Assembly (NCBI GenBank): GCA_010909165.1
Contig: VJWM01000025.1
Span: forward strand, 2,976,001-3,040,000
Direction: 5' to 3'
DNA: 64,000 nucleotides
Source of the DNA: Anthoceros angustus
Taxonomy: Eukaryota; Plantae; Anthocerotophyta
In this document: piece by piece, positions 25,601-36,933 of the stretch
Numbering within the stretch: position 1 is the stretch's first letter
Layout of the letters: each line of letters opens with the position of its first letter
Made by a program: the position numbers and the translations under genes
Notes under the pieces: generated by a model
Told to the model about the DNA's origin: nothing
The model's database searches: none
The model's input: only the letters and a program-made list of their open reading frames with translations

Positions 25601-26404
25601 AACAAGCGCGCTAGCCGCGGCAGGCTACCAGCCATGGGATGGAGCCAGAAGAGAGAAAACACAGACCTGCCCAAGATGAGTTAACAGGGGGCCGTCAGAC
25701 CCCAAGCACGACACATTCCACCGCAGCAACGGGTGTAAGCGCTCATCTTCGCGGCAGGCTCCCAGTACTTGCAGATCCAGAGCCTGCATCCAGCTGCGCG
25801 GTCCATCTTCCCTCTCACGGGCCTGCTGCATAACCACGTCCAACTCTCTTCCACCACTCAAAATATCACTCAAAAGGCCATCCCCTTCCAAGCCGCTACC
25901 AGGATCCGCCTCCACCGCACCCGCCACCCCGACCGAGACACTCCTTCTATTGTAATCGCTTCCCACGTCAATCCCACCCGTCCGCTCACCCCGCCCCATA
26001 CAGGACGCGTAACACGCTTCCACCGGCTGGCAGAACTGGTAATTCACACCCTGCGAGGAAGCGATCGCCAGGGCCACCTCTGCGGGCCGGATTGGAGGAA
26101 AGAAGGCATAGGAAACCTCAATTTGCAGCGACGTAACCGCCGAGGCGGCAGCAGCCAAGGACGCATCCGGCACCGGTAACTGCACCTCCACCAGGCTAGA
26201 GCCAGTCAGAAAAGACTGCAGCTGCGCAACGCTGCCAACCTGCTCCTGCTCCTGCTCCTGTTCCAGCAAGCCAGCTTCAGCATGCCCGTCCCCGGGCCCT
26301 TGCTCCCCTAAGATGCGGTGATCCACAGCGCCATCCTCCGCCTGTTTCACCGCGTCTTGGTTGCCCTGACCTTCCCCCACTCCTGCTCTTTTCTCTGATA
26401 CCAT
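22663..26404 (-). CDS. Uncharacterised conserved plant protein (multi-exon, internal boundaries approximate)
   Basis: Long exon ORFs with splice sites. The segments HPLLRWNVS and FILKLHEGEITYFWQSEKSKAMGAELIKK|MKYLLDQQPTLAQLTGIQDSRL resemble, from memory, an unnamed plant family with a PH/Pru-like region. A long Ser/Pro-rich tail follows. Confidence 0.65.
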
Positions 26405-27149
26405 TGCATCAGCTTCCTCTCGATTTGCGCTCCGCCACCATGGCGCCGCCTCACCTCTGCAACAGGAGGCACACGCACACGAAAACCCTTTCGTGAGACT
26501 CCGGTAATCGCAACACCGGCAGCGATCAGTCTTCGATTTGCTCTCAAATTCGCATCTCGACACGAGCGTCGTCCCAGGAATTTTCCATCAACCCAGGCTT
26601 GCAAAGCACGATTCGGCCTTGCACCGTGTGGAAGTGAAACAAGAGACGAGGGTTTGGGGGGATCCGTCGAGCTCTTACACCCATTCCATAATATAGTATG
26701 AAATGCGCCAGGAGCGACAGGTGGCCAGGCACTGCAGGCCCAGCTCATAGCCGGGCTCTCTCCCCTCTCCACTTCTTGCACTGGGTTGGCCGGTTCACAC
26801 ATGCTCACAGCTCCTAGGGCTTTGTTAGGGAGCTCCGTATCCAAATTGGAAATAACTCTACATCGATAGACTTGTAGTTACTTCATTATCAGGTCTGGTC
26901 TTCAATGTTATCATGAATTTATGTGAAAGTTATAAATAAGATGAGAGTTATAAAAACAGAAAAGAGGCAGGGTTTTTAAAATATTAGAATCTAGAGCACA
27001 TATGACATTGATATTGATTCTATAATTAGAGAATAATATAATTATAGCTTTATATAATATTAATGTATATATATTTATACTATTCCCTATAAAAAATTGA
27101 CCACCTAATATCGTTATAACAAGACCAGATAGTGAGAGCATCAATACTA

Positions 27150-27480
27150 CTTGCCTGGCCAAGTTTGGATTATTCTCAATAAAATCTTCTCCCAAAGCTT
27201 GCCACAAGCTCAAGTTTGGATTATTCTCAATAAAATCTTGTCCCAAAGCTTGCCACAAGTTCTGGATCTTAGGTGTATGATACTCCGCATATATGTGCCT
27301 AGTTCACATTTGGACTTTGCTTTGCATACACATGTAGAGCTGGGCCTGGAATTCAAGGTTGTGCATGCTCTTGTGGAACTTGGAACTGATAATTATTAGT
27401 CTAGAATTAGCAATGCTACAACTTGAAACTTGGAACTGATACTTATTAGTCTAGAATTAGCAATGGAACAACTTGAAACT
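27150..27480. repeat. Two short tandem duplications (51-bp unit at ~27160/27211; 50-bp unit at ~27377/27427)
   Basis: caagtttggattattctcaataaaatctt x2; aacttggaactgat..ttattagtctagaattagcaatg x2. Confidence 0.8.
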
Positions 27481-27704
27481 GCTAGTTGAGATTGGGGGTT
27501 TGTTATACATTCACATGTTGTAGTATTAAGACAAGCACACAAATTTATTTTAAGTCCACTAAGGATGGACATGCCGCCATGCTCAATTGTCAGGGAAACT
27601 TGCTCCATGGTCCGTTCCATTAGGCTACTAGCACCAGAGGCATTTCTCTCTAGGTACTCCATCTGGGTCCCCTTTGCCTGATTCAAATCAAACTATCATA
27701 CAAC

Positions 27705-27967
27705 TTGTACAAAGGGCATCCACTACCTCTAGGCACCCCATCTAAATACTAACCTAAGCGCAAGGTGTACCATCCAATCTCACTAAGCACCTCATCTAAG
27801 TCCTAATCTAAATGCAGGATGCATAACAATGACGTTCCTAAATGTGTGTCCATTGGCTTAAGCCATTAGGCTAATGGACACACATTTATAAGAATTTGGT
27901 AATTAAACATGCTGCGCTTAGATCGATACTTAGATGGGGTGCCTAAAAGGAGTAGATGCCCTTGGTG
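27705..27967. mobile_element. Degenerate foldback element of the same CACTA-derived family as 526-665
   Basis: Imperfect inverted arms of ~55 bp (27710-27765 vs 27905-27963, including a perfect taggcaccccatctaa/ttagatggggtgccta pair) and an inner hairpin at 27842-27885. Clear homology to 545-660. Confidence 0.65.
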
Positions 27968-30203
27968 CAAGTAGCTTAGACACACATGGTGCAAGTTGTT
28001 AAGTACAAGTCCCATAACGGAAATCCGTCCGGAGTGGACTTAAATAAAATTCTTTCTTCTTCTTCATTAGCGTATACCGTACCTCGAAGGGTGGTTCAAC
28101 AGGATAATGCCGAAATAATTATTTTTTGAAAAAAACAAGGTTCAACATAAATATTTATATTTTTCAAAAATTCAACATTTATAAAAAATAATTTTATCAA
28201 ATTTCAACATTTATTAAAATATATAGGTATATATAAAACTAATGGATATGTATAGATCTCCCCTAAATAGACCCTAATTTTCCACACAAACCCTAGTTTC
28301 CTTATTTTCGGCATCATAAACTCATAAATTTTTACCTATTCAACATTTTAAGTATAATAATTTCTGGATTTTCAACTTTTACTAATTTTAATTAATTAAT
28401 GCCGAATCACCCCTTGGGGTACGGGTACTCTTGATGTCCCGTCCGACAACCAGAGAAGATCGTCCTCCGTGATGACGTGGCCTTATAGGCCGTACCCGCA
28501 GCCCTCTATGGCCATCGGCCCATCGGGTATCCATGGGAAAGTTAGCTATCGATGTGCCGGCCGCCATGAGACGCTGTGTGTATGTATATATGTGGACGGA
28601 TTCGTCCGACACGCGACACGGTGTAAGCTTCGATTCTTGTCCTTTTCCGGTGAGGAAATGGGATTTGGATGAATGGGAGAGCTGGTTGTGATATGGAAGC
28701 AGCTGGGGAAGGTCCTGCTTGCTGAGGGTCGGGTCCGTCAAATTTCTTGGAAGGGGGGAGATGCAACAGCTCATCCACTTGGGGAGAAGTTTGATTTGAA
28801 CCAGGCAACCGGACAAGGTCCTGCTTGTTGAGACATCTGTGTGAGCTAAGGCTTCCAGTTTCGACTTCCTGTCACGAAAAAATGGCTGGACAGTTAAGGC
28901 AGGTAGAATTCCGTTCGAAGTGTGGCTGTGTGAGCTTCCAATGTCTCTAGGCTTGGCTTGAGGACTCCGATTAAAGAAGTGACTGATGAAGCAGGTCGTT
29001 TGTTTGAAGGATTACTTACTGTGTAGGCTTGGGCTCTCGACTTCCTACAAGGCTGTAAACAACTCCAAGAAAAAAAGAAAGGCCAAACTGATGAAGCAGG
29101 TCACCAGTCTTCAGGAAGGATGTGCGACACGTCGTCATACGAGACCAACAGAAGCAAGAGAACGTCATACGTCAACGGCAACAGGAACGTTAAAAGAATG
29201 GCCAATCTGATGAAGCAGGTCATCCGTTCGAAGGCTTGGCTGCAGGTGTGAGCTTTCAGTATCGACCTTCTGTGGAAGTCGGATTCGAAGGAAAGCCGAA
29301 ATGGAGCAGAAGGAGGAAGGCAAAGCCCTGAATGCATATGGTGAGCTCAGTATCCGTTTCAAGGTTCGCGTGCCATACAGACGCCAAGCTCATCAGTGAG
29401 ATTCTGAATCTTTGATTTCAAAAACGCAACAAGCAACAGTCTGAACAATGAACAAAAGGCAACAGGCAACAGTCTGAAGTTCCAACTCCTGCACACTGCT
29501 GGATTCAGATAGAGACCTGTGTGAGCTTCCATTCTCGACTTCCCGTGATCAAGAAGTCGGACAACAAGAATGATTTCGCGAGCGGATGACGCAGGTATCC
29601 GATCCAACCGCTCATCGCTTGAGAAGAGTAGGAGGAAACTAGGGTTGATCTCAACAAGACAAGTTGAGAGCCAAGGTTTACAACAGGAACGCCATGTCCA
29701 GGAATCGAAGCTTGCACATCTTTGCTTACAAATGTAGTAGGTATGTGATCATCCTCTTCTTTCTTGGAACATACATACAAGCATGTGCAGCTCAGGCGAT
29801 GGTTCTTGAAATCCAAGATACAGACGTTGTCCAGAATTGAAGCTCTCAGAGCGGTGCCAGCAGTTGGTGCATTCATGACTTCAAACCCTAGGCTAAGAGC
29901 TAGCTGTTTTGGAAAGCAGTAACCACAGTGGCGGCCTCTCCACATTGCTTCAAGAAAATGCTGTGTGTTGTGTGTGCGCTTCTTCACAGTACTGATGAGT
30001 AGGTATGTGTGTGTCTGCAGTGCCTACCGGTTTCTTCATTGAGTGCAGGAAGAAGGGATGTAAAAGAATGTTGCCGCTGCCGAAAGAATGTTTGCTGCTG
30101 CCGAAAGAATGTTTGCTGCTGCTGCTTCAAGAAGAGGAAGAAGCAGAAGAAGATGTCTCGGAAGCAGAGCGCTGGCTGGCTGTCTGGAGTGGCGATGGTG
30201 CAG

Positions 30204-31339
30204 CTAATAGTCATCGACGGGCCTGCCAGCCATGGTGTAGGCGGGGCCGTGGGGGCCTTTGAAGGGAGAGTAGGCGCCTGGGCCGGGAGTGTCCTCCTTG
30301 TTGTGGTCGTGGTTCCTGGCGCCGAGGCTGAAGGCGGGGGCGGAGCCGGGAGGAGCCTCGTAGGCGCCGGGGCCGGGGGTCTTCTCGCCGCGCCAGGGGT
30401 TGTACCTGCGGCCCATGGAGAAGGCGCCGGGGGAGGGCTTAGTGAGCGCCACCCGGGGGTTGTACTCGCTCGGGCCAGGCGTCTTGGAGGCGTGGGAGTG
30501 GTCGTTGCGGCCTGCCATGGAGTAAGCTGGCATGTCGGAGTCGTCTTGGACAGAGTAGGCGCCAGGGCCCGGGGTGTCGCTCCCCATGTGGCCCGTAGGC
30601 CTCCCGGCCATGGAGTAAGCAGGGCCTCCTCTCCGGGCGCGGGTGTCGTAGGTGCCGGGCCCCGGCGAGCAGTCGTCGCGGTGGTTCTTCCCGCGGCCGG
30701 CCATGGAGAAGGCGATGCCCTTGCTGTGGCGCGGGGAGTAGGCGCCGGGCCCGGGCACGTCGCTGTCCGCCTTGAGCTTGGTGCGGATACGCAGGCTGTA
30801 TGCGGGAGCTGAGGACTTCCTGTCAGGGTTGTAGGCGCCGGGCCGGGCATGTCGTCCCCGACGTGGTCCCCGACGCGGCCCGCCAGGAGAAGGCGGGCGC
30901 GCTCCGGGCCGCCTCGTACGCCCCAGGCCCGGCGTGATGGAGGTGTTGCTGGCTCGAGGGCGGGTGCGCATGGAGTAGGCCGGGCCGTCACGGCAGCCCT
31001 TGAGTGTAGGCGCCGGGCCCGCACGCCGCTCCTGTAGCCTTGGCTCCTGCTGCTGGTGCCCATGGAAGGCCGGGGCGCGTCCTTCGTGCAGTGGTCGTTG
31101 GCGGAGTAGGCTCCCGGGCCCGGCGCCCGCTGTGAGAGATTCACCACCGTCCGCCCGGACATGGTGTAGGCCGGGCCCCTCCCGGGCCGCGTGGGGGAGT
31201 ATGTCCCCGGCCCCGGCTGCGAGATGTCGTTCCTCGACCCGATCTTGCCTGCCATGCTGTATGCCGGGGGGGAGGTGCGCACCGCCATGATGTTAGCGTG
31301 GTAGGCCCCAGGGCCCGGGGTTCTCTCTCGGCGAGGCAT
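30204..31339 (-). CDS. ODF3/SHIPPO (PGPGxY STPG-repeat) sperm-tail/axonemal protein, intronless, with apparent frameshifts
   Basis: About 12 PGPG(A/T)Y repeats alternate with PA(Y/F)(S/T)M motifs. Several 1-bp deletions in C/G runs at ~30830-31030 break the frame. Confidence 0.85.
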
Positions 31340-32335
31340 TGTTTGATTTCTCTTGCTCTCGCTTGGTGGTGCTGTTCCTGTTTTTGCTTTGCCTCTAGAT
31401 CGCTGCCTCTGCTTCTGACCTCGCTGTTGTTTGTTGCAAGGATTTTGCAGATGTCAGGAGCAGGAGGAGCGCGTCATGAGTGGGAGGGAAGGATGCTTCT
31501 GCTTGTTGATGGGGTGTGGTGTATTGCGGCTCTTGTTGTGGGGCTGAGGGACAAGGTGATGTCATGTCTCCCATCTCCAGGGGGACGCGCACCTGGGGAT
31601 GGGACTGGAGTTCCCGCCATGGAGTTGTTGGGTTGCTGCACATGCATTTGCACCGCTGCCTGGATGCCTGCTTGCATTCCTCGCACGCAGGCGAGGGTGG
31701 TGCTGGTGCTGCGGGCGGTGGATGAAGGGGCCTGGATGGAGCATGCTGCTGATGATTCAGTTGAATCAGTTGCAACCGACTTGTGGACTGAAGGGCAGGC
31801 TGGTGCCTCGAAGCGCCGCAGGGGAGAGGAGATGCCATGTGAGATCACCCCCGTCTGCTGTTTCGGGTTTTCACATTGCCAATCCTGGCCTGGGGCTTCG
31901 CTTGGTCGGGTTTTTGCGTTCGTCTATGTATGTACTTGGCCTACTCTGTGTATAGACATTCGGAGCTAGGGCTAGCTAGGGTTTCCTGTTCACTTGTCAC
32001 TTCGGGCTTCCTTCTGCCTCACTGCCACGCAAGGGAAGCATAATAAGGTAGTGTGGACGAGGAAGGAAGCACTTTGCACGCCCATAGAGTGGAGGCAAGC
32101 TCACGTCTTTCCTCCTCCTGCCTGATTGCAGGTAGCGAAAATTGCCCTGGACTAGGTGGCATGTAGCCGTTTATGGTCCTTTCACTTCGAACTTCCTCAA
32201 TGAGCGGAGCCTGGAGTACACAGCAAGCCCCCAAACCCAAAATTGGGGTAGGAACGAAAGTAAAGAGTGCAGTGGATAGCAGGAATGGAGAAAACTCTAA
32301 GAGCAAGCAGCAGGCAAGGCTGTCTAACACCCTGC

Positions 32336-32964
32336 CTACAACTCCTTCGCTTTGTCTTGCTCCGCGGAGTGGAGCTTGAGGTAGTAGGCCGCTGCCAGCA
32401 GGGCCAGGGGCAGTGCAATCTGAAACACCTTCCAGAACCATCCAGAATCCGACGCTTTGCTTAGCTCAGGGGCCTTGGGTTTGGGTGCTACTGGAGCAAC
32501 AGCCTCCTCTGCCTCGCCAACCAAAAACTCTGCCAGTTGCTCCCTTGCTGCCACGCTGTGGCCGATGTCTTCGAACTCATCCGTTGCATCTTTGCCTGCA
32601 ACCAAGCACATATTTCCAGCCAAATTATGAACTTCCCTCAATCCACGGCAACCGCTCCGGACGGGAATGCGGAGCAGGAGGGAGACAGAGAAGCACAGCA
32701 ACCAAGCCTACTGAGGAGCCAGAATCTCACCGGCGCTCTCCACCAAAACCTCTTCCCCTCCCGGATGCTCCTCCAGAAACTTGGTCACGTTATAAACCTG
32801 GGAACACCGATGCAGCAGCAACAGATGAGCACCCTCAACTCCTCCAGATCTCCTCTCCACGGCCTACTGTCACGTTAGCGACGTACCTTGCCATGGACGA
32901 TGAACCAACAGTCCTCCCTGCTGGTATGCCGGGCAACCTCAGCCAACGAGATTCTGGACGCCAT
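32336..32964 (-). CDS. CB5: Tail-anchored cytochrome b5, 3 exons
   Basis: [26 protein letters not shown]|[22 protein letters not shown]|[14 protein letters not shown], plus a C-terminal TM segment. Confidence 0.95.
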
Positions 32965-33562
32965 CCCTGTCTCGCCTCCTCTCCAGCCAAAGGAGGCTGA
33001 AGAAGACGAGAGAAAAGCCTAAATTGACGACGTCCCGGAAAGGAAACCCCTCTACACCGCACCAGGCTCGAAATGGCACATTCCAAGGCTCAAAACGGGC
33101 GTTCCACGCTCTCCAGATCCAGATCCGTTGTATGCTCGGAGGAAGGCCTAATAGGCAAAGCAGACGAGTGAACTGGACGAACGGCCTCTCAAGGCTGGTA
33201 GGTAGATTCCAGGTAGAAAGAGAGAGAATCGATTGAGACTCGACACTGGGATCACGTTCTTCTGTCATAACCAGCCGGAACGGAAGTTTCAAGGATACTG
33301 CCTGCGGTGCACCCGGCATCTTCGTAGACGGAGATTCCGTGCAATGGACCAGTACCTGCCGCGTAGCCGGCACTCGCCCCCAGTTCACCGGCACGCCGCA
33401 CCGACAGCAACCAACAACCGTGGCTACTCAACAATCGGCAGCAAATTAGAAACCCCCCACCAGTCAAACACAGTCGGCCACCGGCAAAAAGTAAGCTACA
33501 ACTGCTGTATCTTCATGCAGCGTCTGTACAGATAGGAACAGGAAGACCCGTGAGGAGACTCA

Positions 33563-34909
33563 TCAACCGATGTCCATGGAACTACTGTCAGTGGCTACGC
33601 TAATAACTCTGTTCCGATATCTGCGAGCTGCTCTATCCCTCTCCGCACCCTTGTCCAGGTCTTCCATCGTGTCAGACTCCTCCACCTCTCCATGCAACCG
33701 GGGCTGCTCCTGTCCTGGCTCCTCAGAAAGATGAGATGCAACCTGCACGAGGGGGGGCTTGCCACCGTCGCTTCCCTCCCGCTTCCTGTCATACAGTGGG
33801 TCTGACGAGGGAGTAGTGGTCTTGGGAGCCGTGGCCTTTGCCCTGGCGATGAACATGAGGGACTTGGGAAGCTGTGCACCAGGCTCGGGCTCGGGCTCTG
33901 CCTGGTGTTGCGGGGCTCTGGTAAGCTGGACATCCTGAAGGGCTGCTCTGTTGGTGCTCTCCTCGTCCTCATCACTCCAGTCTAGGCTGTAGCACATGTA
34001 CTTTGAGGGGTTCCTCACATGGTCAGGGACCTTGCTGTACCTGTCTCTGGGTGGTAGACCGTCCTTCAACCTCAGTAACCCGAGCTCACGGGAGCTGGCC
34101 TTCTCCTCATCCACTGCAAATCTGACGTTCGTCCCCGCCTGGGGCTTCCCAGCCGCGTTACGCATGGCAGAGTCCAAGGAGCTGCTGCTGAGGCGGGGGA
34201 CCTTGGAGGCCCTCGTAGACAGGTGCTCCTCTTGCCCTACATCCCCATCGGACGCAGGTGCAGCAGATACCCCATCCTCTGCCATGGACGAGAAAGAACG
34301 TTTCCCTCCCCCATTCTTAGTTCCAAAATCTTCACCCAAACCGGTCGCTTCATCGAAGGGACTGATGTTTATCTCGTTCGACCAGCCAATGGCTCGATCC
34401 AAACCTTCAGCAACTCTGTCGAATTCATCCTCCTCTTCCTGCGAACCACCGTCGCAAAGCCAAGACATAAAACCATACTGAGCTACAATTAGGGTTACAG
34501 CCAATCAACGCCAAACAAGGACCCTTTCAACCAGAACATGCAGAATCAGAGCCACCTCACCAACCTCGAAATCAAGTGTGTCGTCCATGCCGATCATCTT
34601 CTTGCCGTACTCGAATTCCTGCTCCGGATCCTCTTCACGCCCAACCCCGACCTTCAATTGGTCGCAAGACACGGGCCGTTTCCGCTTTCTGGACCTGCCA
34701 TCCTGCTCTTCCTGCTCTTCTCCTTCCCCCTCTTCTTCCTCTTCCTCCTCTTCATCGTCCTCCGAGTCCAGATCATTCCGATGCTCAACGAGTACGCCTT
34801 CACGGCTGCTGCGAGCCTGTGCCAGGCCACTGACGCTCCAGGCGGGAGCAAGGCCAGCGTCCAGTGCCCCGAACACCTCCCGCACTCTGCTGCTGAAGGA
34901 GCTATCCAT
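33563..34909 (-). CDS. TSSC4: TSSC4-like protein (U5 snRNP assembly factor family), 2 exons
   Basis: N-terminal FSSRVREVFGAL..WS, an acidic tract and VPDHVRNPSKYMCYSLDW; intron 34439-34564. Confidence 0.7.
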
Positions 34910-35497
34910 AGCGCTCGTCTTCCAAATCGCTCACCACTTTCCTACCGTTCCCAAGGGATTTCACCACCACAGGGTGGTCTCTGATAGGACGTTCGGCTGA
35001 AACGTTGAAACGCAAATCACGCTTTACTGTAAGCACCTACAGATTTGCCTACCTATACCGGTAATGAAATCCTTTATCATATCTCGGTACCTACATGCCT
35101 GTAATGAAATCCTTTGTCATTATATCGGGAGAAGTTACATCGAAAAGGTTCTAACAAATTATCCACGCATCCACCATGTACCCTGGAGGCTGCTCATCAC
35201 CGACCTTCTCCCTGGGAGACATCTAAGTTTGGTTTACTGATGAGACCAACTACACGGCATTGAAACTGTAATAGGATCGACCGATGCACGTCTCGCCCGG
35301 CTGGTTTGCGGTGGCCAACTGAAAGTATCGCAGACCGCATTCGCGAAGATCAGACTTTATGTGCAGCATTAGGTCACAAAGGCCCGCATGGAAGTAGGGA
35401 CCGCATAGCCTCGAGACAACCCGAAAAACATTCACAAAGTCTCCAACCGTTGCGCTACAATCCTGCCGGGACAGTGAATCGTGAACTGCTCCCGATC

Positions 35498-36642
35498 TTA
35501 AACTGTGTACCGGTTCTTGGCTTGTCTGTCCTGTCTCCTGGCGTCATCCTGTCACATACACAGCTGATCAGGACTGCCGCAAAAACTTCCAAAAGCAATT
35601 TCAACTTCATATTGCTTCATAAATATTTCCGAATAAACGCTTGCCACTTACATGGAAGATGAACCCTATCTTCTCACTGAAATCCAAAAGATCCTTCCAT
35701 TGCTTCGCAATACTCACCTGGTGGACAATAGACAGTCAAGTCATGAAATCCAACCTGACTCTTCTCTCACCGCCAGGCAAAAGTAGGTTTCAGGCAAACA
35801 AAGGACATAGCTTAACACACCTGCGCTGTTTCATTCTGAGCATTCTTCGTCCACAAAGCAATTTTGTCTTGCTTGGCCCTCACACTCACAACACACCCGC
35901 AGATTTCTTCACCCTCATCAAACTGCTCTCCGATCATAGCCAATAGCTGTCCAATCAAACGCACGATGCATCATCAATAATCTGCTGTCGCGAGAACCAT
36001 AATCTTCTGTTACCAACCCGACACCTACAACATGGCTGCATTTCCCGCCCCACAAGGAGCACGAACAACACCAAGCCAGCCGGTGCCACCCTACTGCCAT
36101 CAAACCCTAAATCCACCACGACGTACCGTGTGGAGCCAGAAAGTGTCAAGGTTTGTCTTACTGCTCCTCGGAGCGCTGGCAGTCCACTTGCCTCCGCTAG
36201 CACATTTAGGATCCTCCCATTTCGGCTCAATGCCATACTTGAAACAGTGAAAATCGGCGCCCGCAACAAGCCGGCTCGGTTGCAGCATGTTATTGTACAG
36301 GCTGCAAAGCGGATCCAACAAACGTCAGAACTGGTGTCTGGACATAGTTCCAGCTGCGGTCACCATCCCAGAGCACGGCATTCAGCAGCCTTACCACCAG
36401 AAATCTTCTACCGTGCCGAAGGTGTACACAGGTCGCAGAGACGTTCCCCATGTGCTCTGTTTTTGCTTGCCGTTGGGGTTGTCGAACCAGAAGGTCCATG
36501 GTGAGTCGAGAGGATGCTTCTTGGGAGCATCCGGCACTGTAGATAGCTGCGCAGTCGCACCTACAACCTCACCATCTTCCACCTCAGTCTCCGGCTTGCC
36601 ACTGGCCACGTTCTCGACTTGTGCCTTTGCGACTTCCGCCAT
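35498..36642 (-). CDS. EIF4E: Cap-binding translation initiation factor eIF4E, 5 exons
   Basis: [61 protein letters not shown]. Confidence 0.96.
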
Positions 36643-36933
36643 GATCGTCCCCGGCAGCAAGTCCCTCCCGCCTGCGAGAACGAGAACTTCTGCAAGTGCT
36701 TCCCCCAGATATATAGACTCATTATATACCCGTGGTTAGTTAACTCACCGGGACGAGGTTCACTCTGGTCAGCATGCTTCCCTCTTGCATCAATCCAGCT
36801 CCTGCTGGCTATGGCTGCCTGGAGCCTTGAATTGGAGTCACGCCAGTGGCTGCCGGGCCCGTCATGGGGGCACATTTCCTGGACCCAAGAATGCCGTGGG
36901 GTAGAAGGTATTCCTGGAAGAGCTCCCTGTCGC

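Noticed and set aside
26393-26404. TGGTATCAGAG resembling a tRNA-Met PBS
   Set aside because: It coincides with the ATG GTA TCA GAG start of a gene; no adjacent LTR or retroelement ORF.
28983-29221. CRISPR-like spaced direct repeats
   Set aside because: Eukaryotic context, only 15-bp repeats, ~90-105-bp spacers, no cas genes.
30830-31030. Programmed frameshifting in ODF3 (and in the Glu/Lys ORF)
   Set aside because: Shifts are multiple, clustered and in homopolymer runs, which is typical of long-read indel errors.
20343-36109. Telo-box motifs AAACCCTA (20343, 31977 reverse, 36102)
   Set aside because: Short motif at scattered positions, not clearly tied to TSSs; no telomeric array.
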